Source: an uncultured Poribacteria bacterium | GTDB taxonomy: Bacteria; Poribacteria; WGA-4E; WGA-3G | Length of the DNA stretch: 64,000 nucleotides | Reading direction: 5' to 3' | Assembly: GCA_951812525.1 (NCBI GenBank) | Contig: OX638316.1 | Span: 1,064,506-1,128,505, forward strand | In this document: positions 55,085 through 64,000 of the stretch, in pieces | How positions within the stretch are numbered: position 1 is the first letter of the stretch | Layout: every line of letters begins with the position of its first letter | The notes under the pieces: generated by a model | Database searches by the model: none | The model's input: only the letters and a program-made list of their open reading frames with translations | What the model was told of the DNA's origin: nothing | Program-made: the position numbers and the translations under genes

Positions 55085-56869
55085 ATGCAGCAAGCCGTGC
55101 TCACACGTGCGGAAGAGATTGCCAAAGGTCTCTATCCACATCAGATAGAAGGGATAGCCTTTCTGCTGGGTCGGCGGCGTGCACTCCTCGCTGACGATAT
55201 GGGGCTCGGTAAAACCCGACAATCCGTTATTGCAATGGTTGAAGCAGAAGCGGAAGGTCCCTATCTCGTGATTTGCCCTGCTTCTGTCAAACGGAACTGG
55301 GCGCGTGAAATCCAACTCGTTCTCCCCGCAGCTGAACCTGCTGTCGTAGGACCCGCACCTCTCCCCGCAATCGAATTCCAAGACTGGATTATCATTAACT
55401 ATGAGATTCTTGGTAAACACTTGGAAGGACTCCTGGCGTTTGACTGGAAAGGTATTGTGTTTGACGAAGCACACTACTTGAAAAATCACCAGAGCCAACG
55501 CAGTCGGAATGCCGCCAAACTTGTGAAGTCAATCCAGCATGAACCGATAGTCCACGCGCTAACGGGTACACCGATGACCAACCGTCCCCGCGACCTTTTC
55601 CCGCTCTTGCGACTCATGAACCACCCGCTCGGTAAAAGTTTCCTCAGTTTCGCCAAACGCTATTGTGATGCCTATCAAGGTGAATACGGATTAGTGGCAG
55701 ACGGGGCAAGCAATATTGAGGAATTAACCGTTCAACTTCACGGTGTGATGTTGCGGCGCACAAAAAATGAGGTGTTAGACCTCCCACCTAAAGTGCGAAC
55801 ATGGTTGGATGTAGAACTTCATCCCGTGGCGATCCAGCATTTTAATAATGCCGTCCGAGAGTTCCTAACTAAATTTGATGCCCCTGAATCTATTGATATG
55901 ATCCAAGATAGCCCGGAAAACCCGGAGCGACGGCAAGCGGTGGGGAGGCTTACCACCGCGCGGCGAAAACTCGCTTTCGCTAAGTGCCGCCACACCATCA
56001 AATTTGTCGAAAATGCTCTGGAACAGGGTGAAAAGGTTATTCTCTTCACGACCTTCCTCAATACATTGGAGCGTTTTCACAAACATTTCGGCGATCAGGC
56101 TGTCGTTGTCTCCGGCGAGGTGCCAGTAGAAGAACGGCAAAACCGCGTTGATAGGTTTCAAAATGACGAAAACGTAAAACTTTTTATTGCTAATATGCAC
56201 GTCGCCGGGGTCGGAATCAATTTAACCGCCGGGCGACAGATCGTTTTCAACGATCTGGATTGGGTGCCAGCGAATCACTGGCAAGCCGAGGATCGTGCCT
56301 ACCGTATCGGACAGACAGGAACTGTTAATGTCACCTATATGATAGCGCGCGGGACAGTAGACGAATTCGTCAAGACTGTATTGGAAACGAAAGCTGCACT
56401 GATGGACGCTCTCGTTGAAGGCACCGTCTTAATAGCGGGTGAAGACGGCGAGGTACAAGCCGACGTTCTTAGCGAACTCAAGCGGATGATGAATGCGCTC
56501 TCTGTGCATACCGACGAAGTGGAAACATCGCAGCTGCTTGACGTGCTCCAAAAAGCAAGCAATACTTATCTGGATGAAAACGCTGCACACCTCCGCGAAG
56601 CCACTCGTGCGCAGCTACGTCCATATTCCGAAGAAGCCATCCGCACGCTCGCGCAAGTCCTCGCCGGACCAGAGCGGAGCATTTACCAGATGGAGAGTTC
56701 ATCACAAAAAGGCAAGTTTTATACGCTGGAGGTTGTCGGTGTCGATGTAACGTGCGATTGTCCGGGCTTCACACATCGCGGTAGCTGCCGACACGTCCGT
56801 CCATTGAAATCTGCGCTTGTCGCAGAGAAACCTTTGCCAAAAGGCTATAAAAAAGTTTCAGCCGATTAA
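55085..56869 (+). CDS. SNF2-family helicase with a C-terminal SWIM zinc finger.
   Basis: Motif I DDMGLGKT, motif II DEAH (VFDEAHYLKN), helicase-C motifs (LTAGRQIVFNDLDWVPANHWQAEDRAYRIGQ). SWIM CDCPGF...CRHV. Starts 12 nt after the VWA gene, consistent with one operon. Confidence 0.85.
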   Translation: MQQAVLTRAEEIAKGLYPHQIEGIAFLLGRRRALLADDMGLGKTRQSVIAMVEAEAEGPYLVICPASVKRNWAREIQLVLPAAEPAVVGPAPLPAIEFQDWIIINYEILGKHLEGLLAFDWKGIVFDEAHYLKNHQSQRSRNAAKLVKSIQHEPIVHALTGTPMTNRPRDLFPLLRLMNHPLGKSFLSFAKRYCDAYQGEYGLVADGASNIEELTVQLHGVMLRRTKNEVLDLPPKVRTWLDVELHPVAIQHFNNAVREFLTKFDAPESIDMIQDSPENPERRQAVGRLTTARRKLAFAKCRHTIKFVENALEQGEKVILFTTFLNTLERFHKHFGDQAVVVSGEVPVEERQNRVDRFQNDENVKLFIANMHVAGVGINLTAGRQIVFNDLDWVPANHWQAEDRAYRIGQTGTVNVTYMIARGTVDEFVKTVLETKAALMDALVEGTVLIAGEDGEVQADVLSELKRMMNALSVHTDEVETSQLLDVLQKASNTYLDENAAHLREATRAQLRPYSEEAIRTLAQVLAGPERSIYQMESSSQKGKFYTLEVVGVDVTCDCPGFTHRGSCRHVRPLKSALVAEKPLPKGYKKVSAD

Positions 56870-56905
56870 GGGGTTTGTGTCCCTCACTAGCACATACGAA
56901 CGCGC

Positions 56906-59900
56906 CTACTCCTCTGATGGGAGGGCATACACACCCCACCGGACTCTCACAATTTCACCTGCGTCTACAAGGCGAGAAAGTTCATTTTTTATCGCTTTTG
57001 GATGTCCATCAATCACTTCAACCAATTCCCTTGTTTTCTTCTTACCATCGGAAGCCAGCATAGAGAGGATTTGCTCGCGGAAAGGGACTCGTAAGGGTTT
57101 TCCACCCCTGAGCTTCTTTAACATGCGGTTTGCCTGCCTTGAGGAACATCCCAAGATACGCTCCACTTCTTCTCTGCTGGATTCAGCGGTTAGATTGGCA
57201 CGTTCTTCCTCAAAACGCTCGCGTGTGGCTATCGCCTCAGGAAGGTTGTCCAAACTACCAGCAACCTCAAAATCTTCCCAGTCAAACAAGAATGTTTCAG
57301 GTCTGTCAGTAATGTCGGGCAGTGTCAAACCGGAGATTAAAACAATTCTTTTGTTCGTCCAGCGGTTTAACCCAGCACGTAAGACCGTTCGTGTAAGTGC
57401 GCGAACGATCCCGTGTTCATAAATTCCCTGAATTCGCTGGTCCTTATAGCACTGGGTCTCTACATCCTCCTCATAAGAGAGAGGCTTTTTGTCATTTCCA
57501 AACAAAATCTGTGCTTGTCTCCAAACGAGGGTTGGTGACCGCTGCGGCGTGCCAACTATCCAAATGACTTCTGCTTCTTTAAGAGCAGGACGTCGTCCCC
57601 CGATATTGCTGAAATTGGTCACGAAACAGACGTTCTGTTTTTGCGCGATATCGTCTAACCGTGCAGCAACTGACCTATAGGTGATAATCGCATGCTTAAC
57701 ATCCGGATCCCTCTCAATCTCTGCACGAATACTGGCAAAAAAGCGTTGTCCTATCTTAGACATGCCGATAACATCCCAGTTGTCGTTGTAGCCCATAATT
57801 GTTCGTCGGGGATAGATCCCAGTACGAATCTGAAAGACCTGGTTCCCTATGCCCCACGCACTTGGTTCGGTACGGCTCACCTGAATTTCTTCATTTGGAA
57901 ATGCCCTACGGAGATGCTGCTCAGAGAGGGTCGCCGACATTAGCAAAAGGCGTTTGACACTCGAATGCAGAACGGGCGGCACCCAGAACCTCAGGACCTT
58001 ACCACTCCACCGTATTGGTGCGTCGGCATCTCGCGTGTAATGTTCAAAGAAACGCTTGATTTGATGCCAAAACGTCCAGTTTGGATCCTGACAGACCGTC
58101 GGGAATGCCTGAATGCTCTCTACGGTCCCTGTATCCAAGATGCCCAATTCGATAGCTTGTGTCATTGGCATCAGGATTTTCAGGTCCTCGTTAGGCGCAA
58201 AGGAATAGAACGGAAAGATAGGAAGTCCCTTTGCTGCGAGCGCATTTGCAGCATCTTTGTCTAAAGGAATGTAAGCGGAGATATTACCTTCAAATTCAAT
58301 GGTAAAACGTGCTAATTTCTCTCCGGTATCAGAATCAGTATAGCCTCGTTCTACCACCTTACCTTGTACGTTGATGTGACTCATCTGCTTGACGATTTCT
58401 TCTTCTCGCCATTCAAAGACCCGTACCACCGTGCGGATGCGTTTGACAGCATCGGCATGGGGTTTGTCCTCGACTTCTACCGCATGCAACAAGGCTTTGG
58501 CAAAATTTCCTAAGGCACACCCTTGCCAGTTCATACTCCATTCTTCTAATAATTTTTTTGATAGTTTACATTCAAGAAACAACTTATTAAGTTGTGCTCT
58601 GATGATGATGCAAAGCCTGTCTGGCTCATCCACCTCTTTGAGGATTTTTTCTACCAATCCTACGTACTGCGGATTGAAAAACATATTGGGGAATGCCAAT
58701 ATCTGCGCCTTAGCATGTTGTAACGCCTCGGTTTGTGATAGATACCCTCGCTCCTGGCACTCCATATAGACAGGGCATTGCGGACAGATGCTTTCGCTTG
58801 GATTTCCACCCTTTTTCTCGAGTGCATCGCATCGCTCTGGATCCTCACAGACATTGCCGCGTTGAAAAGGGGTTGCCATGCGCACAGCAATCGGTATTTC
58901 CTTCGCCTCTTCCCATCGATACATCCGAGGTTTCCAACGCGCAAACGACGGTACGTTTTGTTTTTCATAGGACGCCTCCGCTTCTTCGGCTAACCTGATA
59001 ACTGGGACATTTAAGCAGACCGCGCCGCCGGTATGGAGATATGATACAGTTTCACGCCTGCCAGCGTCCGTCTTGGTAGTAAGTCCGAGAATACGAGCAG
59101 CCCCATCGAAAATGCTTTGTGTCTGAATAGTGCTCTCTTCGGGTGTTTCATAATCCCCTTCCGTGTATTCCGGTTTGTGGAGTACGGAGGGCGGACGCTT
59201 TATCGCCAATGGACTCAGCTTCCCTTCCCGCACTGCGAGCACTTTATCAGATCCAGACAGCTCAACAGCGGTAGTCAGTGAGACAATACCGGTATCGTCC
59301 CAGATCTCTGTTATTGGTGTGTCTCTCGTAGGCAGCCCAGCGTCAGAGGTAGATGCACGGACCCATACAGTGCCATCACTCTCCCAGAACGATACATGTT
59401 CATCGCTAATAGCACCATCAGGGGGCATCCAATAGTGTAAATCGTTCTCTTGTCGGACATAAGAAAAGCCGCGTTGTACAAACGCAGCCTTTGCGAGATC
59501 GAGATTATTTGAACCGAGGGTGGAAGGTGTAACAGGGATAACTTGTGGAAGGTCTCCTAATTCCTGTTCGTCAGGAGGGGCAGGTTCGTGAAGTTCTGCA
59601 CGGAGGGCATCAATAGGGGCAAAGAGCACCTCTTTAGCAACCACAGGCGGATCTAACAAACTCCCAAGCAGAATCTCGTAGCGCGCATCCCACCGACTGT
59701 ATCCTTCTTCCGCCAAGATTTCGAGATACACGTCTCGTTGATCCGGGTTTTCTGGAGTCGGTGCGTGCTTATAGATATACAGTCTTGCATCCTCAGTATT
59801 TGGATGGAGGTAATCTGGAACTCTGCAAGAGAATCGCAGTCCACCGGACTTTGATAGCGTTAGCAGCGGATTATCTATGGCGTTGACAAGTGCGTCAATA

Positions 59901-60310
59901 CAGGCATAAACAGCATCAGGAGCGGTAGAAATGGCTTCGTATGTAAAATCAATATCATGCCACCGTGCACCGTCGCATTCGGAAGGAATACCGGTATACA
60001 CCTGAATTCCCCACGACCCATGCCATCGTCTCATTCCCCAATCCTGTACCCCTTGACGGTTTAAGAACCGTTCGCCTCCAAAATCCCTCGGACCATGGTC
60101 ATTTTCAGGCGCGTGTCCTATCGGCATAAAGGAGATATCTGCCTGCTCCAAGTCAGCAAGCAGCACTGGGCATCTCTGTGCGCAATAGACTGTGAGATGA
60201 TAAGGATAACCTTTATTATAGAGTGCAGGTGTTACAACTGTCTTCCGCTGTCGAAGCGGGTTTTCGTGCCGTTCGTGGCAGCGTTCAATAATATCTTTTA
60301 AGGGATCCAT
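56906..60310 (-). CDS. 1134-aa protein with an N-terminal Prim-Pol (bifunctional primase/polymerase)-like domain, a Cys-rich zinc-binding region and a C-terminal winged-HTH. Putative replication-initiation protein of a mobile element or replicon.
   Basis: Prim-Pol-like motifs HDIDF (catalytic DxD-like) and LSKSGGLRFSCRV (the sGGxHxyF motif). Cys cluster CEDPERCD...CPQCPVYMEC. C-terminal wHTH LVEVIDGHPKAIKNELSRLVDAGEIVRV. No Walker A was found. Confidence 0.5.
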   Translation of the reverse strand: MDPLKDIIERCHERHENPLRQRKTVVTPALYNKGYPYHLTVYCAQRCPVLLADLEQADISFMPIGHAPENDHGPRDFGGERFLNRQGVQDWGMRRWHGSWGIQVYTGIPSECDGARWHDIDFTYEAISTAPDAVYACIDALVNAIDNPLLTLSKSGGLRFSCRVPDYLHPNTEDARLYIYKHAPTPENPDQRDVYLEILAEEGYSRWDARYEILLGSLLDPPVVAKEVLFAPIDALRAELHEPAPPDEQELGDLPQVIPVTPSTLGSNNLDLAKAAFVQRGFSYVRQENDLHYWMPPDGAISDEHVSFWESDGTVWVRASTSDAGLPTRDTPITEIWDDTGIVSLTTAVELSGSDKVLAVREGKLSPLAIKRPPSVLHKPEYTEGDYETPEESTIQTQSIFDGAARILGLTTKTDAGRRETVSYLHTGGAVCLNVPVIRLAEEAEASYEKQNVPSFARWKPRMYRWEEAKEIPIAVRMATPFQRGNVCEDPERCDALEKKGGNPSESICPQCPVYMECQERGYLSQTEALQHAKAQILAFPNMFFNPQYVGLVEKILKEVDEPDRLCIIIRAQLNKLFLECKLSKKLLEEWSMNWQGCALGNFAKALLHAVEVEDKPHADAVKRIRTVVRVFEWREEEIVKQMSHINVQGKVVERGYTDSDTGEKLARFTIEFEGNISAYIPLDKDAANALAAKGLPIFPFYSFAPNEDLKILMPMTQAIELGILDTGTVESIQAFPTVCQDPNWTFWHQIKRFFEHYTRDADAPIRWSGKVLRFWVPPVLHSSVKRLLLMSATLSEQHLRRAFPNEEIQVSRTEPSAWGIGNQVFQIRTGIYPRRTIMGYNDNWDVIGMSKIGQRFFASIRAEIERDPDVKHAIITYRSVAARLDDIAQKQNVCFVTNFSNIGGRRPALKEAEVIWIVGTPQRSPTLVWRQAQILFGNDKKPLSYEEDVETQCYKDQRIQGIYEHGIVRALTRTVLRAGLNRWTNKRIVLISGLTLPDITDRPETFLFDWEDFEVAGSLDNLPEAIATRERFEEERANLTAESSREEVERILGCSSRQANRMLKKLRGGKPLRVPFREQILSMLASDGKKKTRELVEVIDGHPKAIKNELSRLVDAGEIVRVRWGVYALPSEE

Positions 60311-60979
60311 ATCTATAAAAAGCGAATATAAAATCTCGGTTCTGTCAAATCAGATTTCCGGATTAATATAACATATTAGAATAAAATCAATAGTAAATAC
60401 TATCACAAATCTAAATTCAAATCAAATTCTTAATTTCCATAAAGTCAAGAATCGCAAGACTTGAGAGCATCAACCGTATCAAGACGTTATTATTATATTA
60501 TTAAAATCAAAAAATAATTGACCCGATATGACTTTATGAAAATTTAACCGTAAGTTATCTCATAAATAATGTGAACATAATGTAGAGATTACCTAAATTC
60601 ACTACAATGTAACGACACTTGCGATATTCAGATACACACTAACTATACAATTATTGCACATTATCATACAATTTTTGCATTGTCAATTCAATTTTTTTAG
60701 ATATTTATACAAATTTTGCATATTATCATACAATTTTTGCGAATCTTTCAGGACGCAATTGCGTTGATTCTGCCACTTTTATGGATAGAGTTAGTACGAC
60801 TATTCTTTTTTCTGATACCCGGCTGCTGCGCAGTTAGGACAGAAATTTTTCTTTGACTTCCATTTCTCAAAACATAGCACAATTACGTGTTCAACATGCC
60901 ACGCATCCGGATTTTCTGCTTGACAGCCATCAAAAAATTTGCTAAAATCGACATAATTTAATACAAGGAGGCGTGACAA
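60311..60979. other. 670-bp AT-rich intergenic region with direct repeats and divergent promoters.
   Basis: By eye it is far more AT-rich than the ~50% GC window. ATTATCATACAATTTTTGC occurs twice, at about 60663 and about 60725. Confidence 0.6.
60920..60948 (+). promoter_or_regulatory. Near-consensus sigma70 promoter for the second LamG gene.
   Basis: TTGACA (60920-60925), 17-nt spacer, TAAAAT (60943-60948). The RBS GGAGG sits before the ATG at 60980. Confidence 0.6.
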
Positions 60980-61756
60980 ATGAGATTACCGATTATCCTA
61001 ATCGTTTTGCTCTGTTGCCTCCTACCGTTAGCAACACGGGCAGAACTACCACTTGACGACCTTGCCCTTTATATGTCCTTTGACGACATCCAAGGCGACA
61101 AAGTTATGGACGGTTCGGAACACGGAAATAACGGAACAATTATGAAGGCATCCGTCGCAAAAGGTAAAGGCAAATACGGCAACGCAATGGAATTCAAAGG
61201 CGGAGATAATCACGTCCTAATCAAGAGTTCTAAGTCTCTCTCAATTGCGGACGAGGTCACGATTTCTGCTTGGGTCAACTGGAACGACGCACCTGGAGAC
61301 GGTTGGTTGACCGTGCTGGCAAATGGGACACAAGGTGGACCGTGGGAGAACTACGGACTCTTTGTCAACCGTGGCAATCGCTACTTTTATTTTACACTCT
61401 CTGTAGGTGCCGTTGCGGTAATGAATTCTGGCAACGGCACAACCGAGCCTGAAACGTGGATGCACTGTGTATGTACCTATGACGGCAAAGATGCCAAAAT
61501 CTATATTGATGGCGATCTGATAAATCAGGCACCGCATGGACTCAAATTGGCTGCTGGAAAGCAGGATCTGCGACTCGGTCATCGAGGTGGAAGTGGCCAC
61601 TGGTACAACGGTTTGCTCGACGAGGTTGCAGTGTTCTCAGTTGCTTTAGATGAAGATCAGGTTAAAGAAGCAAGCTTCAACATTGAGGAGGCACTTGATG
61701 TTCAGGCGCGTGGAAAACTAACAACCACCTGGGGCAAAATGAAGACTGACCGATAG
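60980..61756 (+). CDS. Secreted LamG-like (Laminin_G_3) protein with the conserved C-terminal tail.
   Basis: Signal peptide MRLPIILIVLLCCLLPLATRA. LALYMSFDDIQGDKVMDGSEHGNNGTIMKASVAKGKGKYGNAMEFKG. The C-terminus is ...EEALDVQARGKLTTTWGKMKTDR. Confidence 0.8.
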   Translation: MRLPIILIVLLCCLLPLATRAELPLDDLALYMSFDDIQGDKVMDGSEHGNNGTIMKASVAKGKGKYGNAMEFKGGDNHVLIKSSKSLSIADEVTISAWVNWNDAPGDGWLTVLANGTQGGPWENYGLFVNRGNRYFYFTLSVGAVAVMNSGNGTTEPETWMHCVCTYDGKDAKIYIDGDLINQAPHGLKLAAGKQDLRLGHRGGSGHWYNGLLDEVAVFSVALDEDQVKEASFNIEEALDVQARGKLTTTWGKMKTDR

Positions 61757-61855
61757 TCCAATATCTCAGGTGTGCCTTGTGTTTCTTGTATGATTGCAGT
61801 AAGAAGTGTTTCTCATGCAGAAAAAGGGTGGGATGGATCTCAGCAGAGATTTCCA

Positions 61856-62707
61856 ATGTGGTTTTTGCTCCACCTCGCCCTTGTTTTCCTATGCTTTGCC
61901 TGTTCCGATTCCGAGGAGGAAGCGTCAGAACCGCCCGAAGGCATGGTGCTGATCCCCGCAGGCACCTTCCAGATGGGAAGTACTACTGGAGACGTGGATG
62001 AAGCACCTGTCCACACGGTAGAACTCGATGCATTTTACATGGATCAACACGAAGTGACGAATGCTGAATATCAGACGTTCGTCACCGCTACAGGACACGA
62101 CGCGCCACGTGGAATTGGCTATACCGCTGTCTACGAACTTCTCAAAAACGATTATGAACCGTGGCAAGACCCAAGTTTCAATCACCCAGACCAACCTGTC
62201 ACAACGGTGTCATGGTTCGATGCTGCTGCCTACTGTGAATGGGCAGGAAAACGGTTACCGACAGAAGCAGAATGGGAAAAGGCATCGCGTGGTGGATTGG
62301 AAAGCACACGTTACCCTTGGGGCAACGCTGAACCCAATAACACAACTGCTAACTTCGCTGACAGTCAGACGGAATTTGAATGGCGGAGCACTGATGTAAA
62401 TGACGGATACCTTTTCACCGCACCTGTTGGAACATATCCACCTAACGGTTACGGCTTGTTTGATATGGCAGGAAATGTCTGGGAATGGTGCGCCGATTGG
62501 TACAGTTCAACCTACTATAGTGACACGCAAGATGAGGAGAGTCCACTTCGAAATCCGAAGGGACCCGATACGGGTGAACGGCGTGTTTTGCGAGGTGGCA
62601 CATGGTATCGTGCTGCACATACCATCCGCAACGCCGAACGCATTAGTGATTACCCGAAAAACAGTCTGAATGTCGTCGGTTTTCGATGCGCGATGGACGT
62701 GCCTTAG
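61856..62707 (+). CDS. Formylglycine-generating enzyme (FGE/SUMF1 family) lipoprotein.
   Basis: Start MWFLLHLALVFLCFACS (lipobox). FGE motifs FQMGS, PVHTVELDAFYMDQHEVTNAEYQ, VSWFDAAAYCEWAGKRLPTEAEWEKA, GNVWEWCADWY, RVLRGGTWY. Confidence 0.85.
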   Translation: MWFLLHLALVFLCFACSDSEEEASEPPEGMVLIPAGTFQMGSTTGDVDEAPVHTVELDAFYMDQHEVTNAEYQTFVTATGHDAPRGIGYTAVYELLKNDYEPWQDPSFNHPDQPVTTVSWFDAAAYCEWAGKRLPTEAEWEKASRGGLESTRYPWGNAEPNNTTANFADSQTEFEWRSTDVNDGYLFTAPVGTYPPNGYGLFDMAGNVWEWCADWYSSTYYSDTQDEESPLRNPKGPDTGERRVLRGGTWYRAAHTIRNAERISDYPKNSLNVVGFRCAMDVP

Positions 62708-62812
62708 AAGCAGACAGCACGAAAACCGCGACGATTTCAAATAGTGCCAATCTAACGAATCAGAAATCTAATTGCCTGTAAATCAACCGAAACGGAGGCA
62801 AACATACAGAAA

Positions 62813-64000
62813 ATGCCACAAACTGATGCAAACCAACCCAATGTTATCGTTTTTTTCACCGATCAGCAGCGCTGGGACACTTCAGGGTTGCACGGCAACC
62901 CACTCGACCTAACACCCAACTTTGACCGGATGGCACAGCGTGGTACGCACGTTCACCGCTCGTTCACGTGTCAACCTGTCTGCGGTCCGGCACGCTCATG
63001 TCTCCAAACGGGATTATACGCAACTCGCACCGGATGTTTTCGCAACGGTATCCCGCTGTCCCCCAACCTAAAAACGCTCGCACACCACTTCGGTGAGGCA
63101 GGCTATGCCACCGGATACATCGGTAAGTGGCACCTCTATAGCGGCGGCACTGGACCGGGACCTGTGCCAGCTGAGCATCGCGGCGGATACGACTATTGGT
63201 TAGCATCCAACACCCTTGAGTTCACCTCCGATGCATATCAGACAACGCTTTACGATAACGACAATAAACCCGTTGATCTCCCCGGCTACCGTGTGGACGC
63301 TCTCACCGATGCGGTGATTCGTTACGTTGACGGGCATAAAAATGAGCCTTTTTACCTCTTTACGTCATACATTGAACCGCACCACCAAAACCATCTGGAC
63401 GACTATCCGCCCCCAGACGGGTATCGGGAACGGTACACAGGAAAATGGATACCACCAGATCTTGCGGCACTCGGTGGCTCGACGCACCAGCACTTAGGTG
63501 GTTACTACGGCATGGTGAAAAGATTGGATGAAGCACTCGGCAGGCTTCTGGATGCCCTCAAAAGTCTCCATCTACTTGATAACACCATCATACTCTTTAC
63601 CTCAGACCACGGGTGCCATTTCAAGACCCGGAACGGCGAGTATAAACGCTCATGCCACGAGAGTTCGATTCGCGTGCCGACTGCGTTCCATGGACCCGGT
63701 TTCACTGGCGGTGGGCAGCTTCAAGAACTGGTAAGTCTCGTCGATCTTCCACCGACGCTTCTTGATGCAGCAGGCTTGGCAGTACCAGGTGAGATGCAAG
63801 GTCGTTCGATCATGCCACTCCTCACCGGAGAACGGGACGACTGGCCAGAGGAAGCCTTCGTCCAAATTAGCGAGGCACAGGTCGGTCGCGCTGTTCGGAC
63901 CCAACGTTGGAAATACGGTGTAGATGCCCCACATAAGAACGGAGGTAGCGATGCCGGATCAGATCGATACGTCGAGCAATACCTTTATGACCTCCAAGCA
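62813..64000 (+). CDS. Sulfatase (FGly-dependent), 3'-partial, running off the window end. It is not in the ORF track because it has no stop in the window.
   Basis: I translated from the ATG at 62813 (RBS GGAGGCA): MPQTDANQPNVIVFFTDQQRWDTSG...FTCQPVCGPARSCLQTGLYATRTG (C-x-P-x-R motif)...GYIGKWHL. Confidence 0.8.
   Translation, partial: MPQTDANQPNVIVFFTDQQRWDTSGLHGNPLDLTPNFDRMAQRGTHVHRSFTCQPVCGPARSCLQTGLYATRTGCFRNGIPLSPNLKTLAHHFGEAGYATGYIGKWHLYSGGTGPGPVPAEHRGGYDYWLASNTLEFTSDAYQTTLYDNDNKPVDLPGYRVDALTDAVIRYVDGHKNEPFYLFTSYIEPHHQNHLDDYPPPDGYRERYTGKWIPPDLAALGGSTHQHLGGYYGMVKRLDEALGRLLDALKSLHLLDNTIILFTSDHGCHFKTRNGEYKRSCHESSIRVPTAFHGPGFTGGGQLQELVSLVDLPPTLLDAAGLAVPGEMQGRSIMPLLTGERDDWPEEAFVQISEAQVGRAVRTQRWKYGVDAPHKNGGSDAGSDRYVEQYLYDLQA

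Noticed and set aside
56906-60310. Calling the 1134-aa protein a helicase or ATPase
   Set aside because: No Walker A/B motif could be found by eye. Only the Prim-Pol-like and wHTH features are supported.

Overview
This 64-kb window looks like genome from an uncultured Planctomycetota/PVC-type bacterium, at roughly 50% GC (estimated by eye). The phylum guess rests on the Planctomycete-specific PSCyt/DUF1549/DUF1553 and DUF1501 families, many sulfatases with an FGE, LamG, WD40, lamin-tail and giant beta-propeller proteins, and is low confidence. Almost all genes from 1 to 47.8 kb lie on the minus strand; the strand switches to plus at about 47.9 kb. The core is a roughly 24-kb co-directional respiratory supercluster. 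It holds a Rieske/split cytochrome b complex with an octaheme cytochrome c, a monoheme cytochrome c, two cupredoxin paralogs, a CydA-like 'cytochrome bd-like' protein with no CydB flanked by membrane c-type cytochromes, and an ABC-2 exporter. These are followed by a complete caa3/aa3-type cytochrome c oxidase operon (ctaC-ctaD-ctaA-ctaB, duplicated subunit III, subunit IV, SCO1). Downstream of that are Fe-S-related genes (Mrp/ApbC) and unusual PCP_red-domain proteins, one of them fused to tandem USP domains. The remainder carries secreted and surface proteins (two LamG proteins, a lamin-tail protein, a PPC-domain protein, tandem lipoprotein paralogs with a GGN-repeat tract, and a 1358-aa BNR/Ycf48-like propeller lipoprotein with 27 Asp-box repeats), a DUF1501/PSD1 pair, two sulfatases plus an FGE, and an orphan DNA methyltransferase. 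A possible replication/defense-like module follows: a VWA gene directly followed, likely in one operon, by an SNF2+SWIM helicase gene, convergent with a 1134-aa Prim-Pol/wHTH protein next to a 670-bp AT-rich region. The observations most worth a second look are these. (1) A signal-peptide/PSCyt1/WD40 protein has an in-frame UGA at the first Cys of a C-terminal HMA metal-binding motif (M-T-U-G-A-C) and a SECIS-like hairpin 6 nt downstream, making it a candidate selenoprotein. (2) Four unrelated secreted proteins share a ~20-aa C-terminal tail (..V.A.GKLTT.WG.[ILM]K..R), a candidate new sorting tag. (3) A family of ~100-nt inverted-repeat (MITE/REP-like) elements occurs four times in intercistronic positions, alongside other recurring intergenic motifs. 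No rRNA, tRNA or CRISPR array was found.
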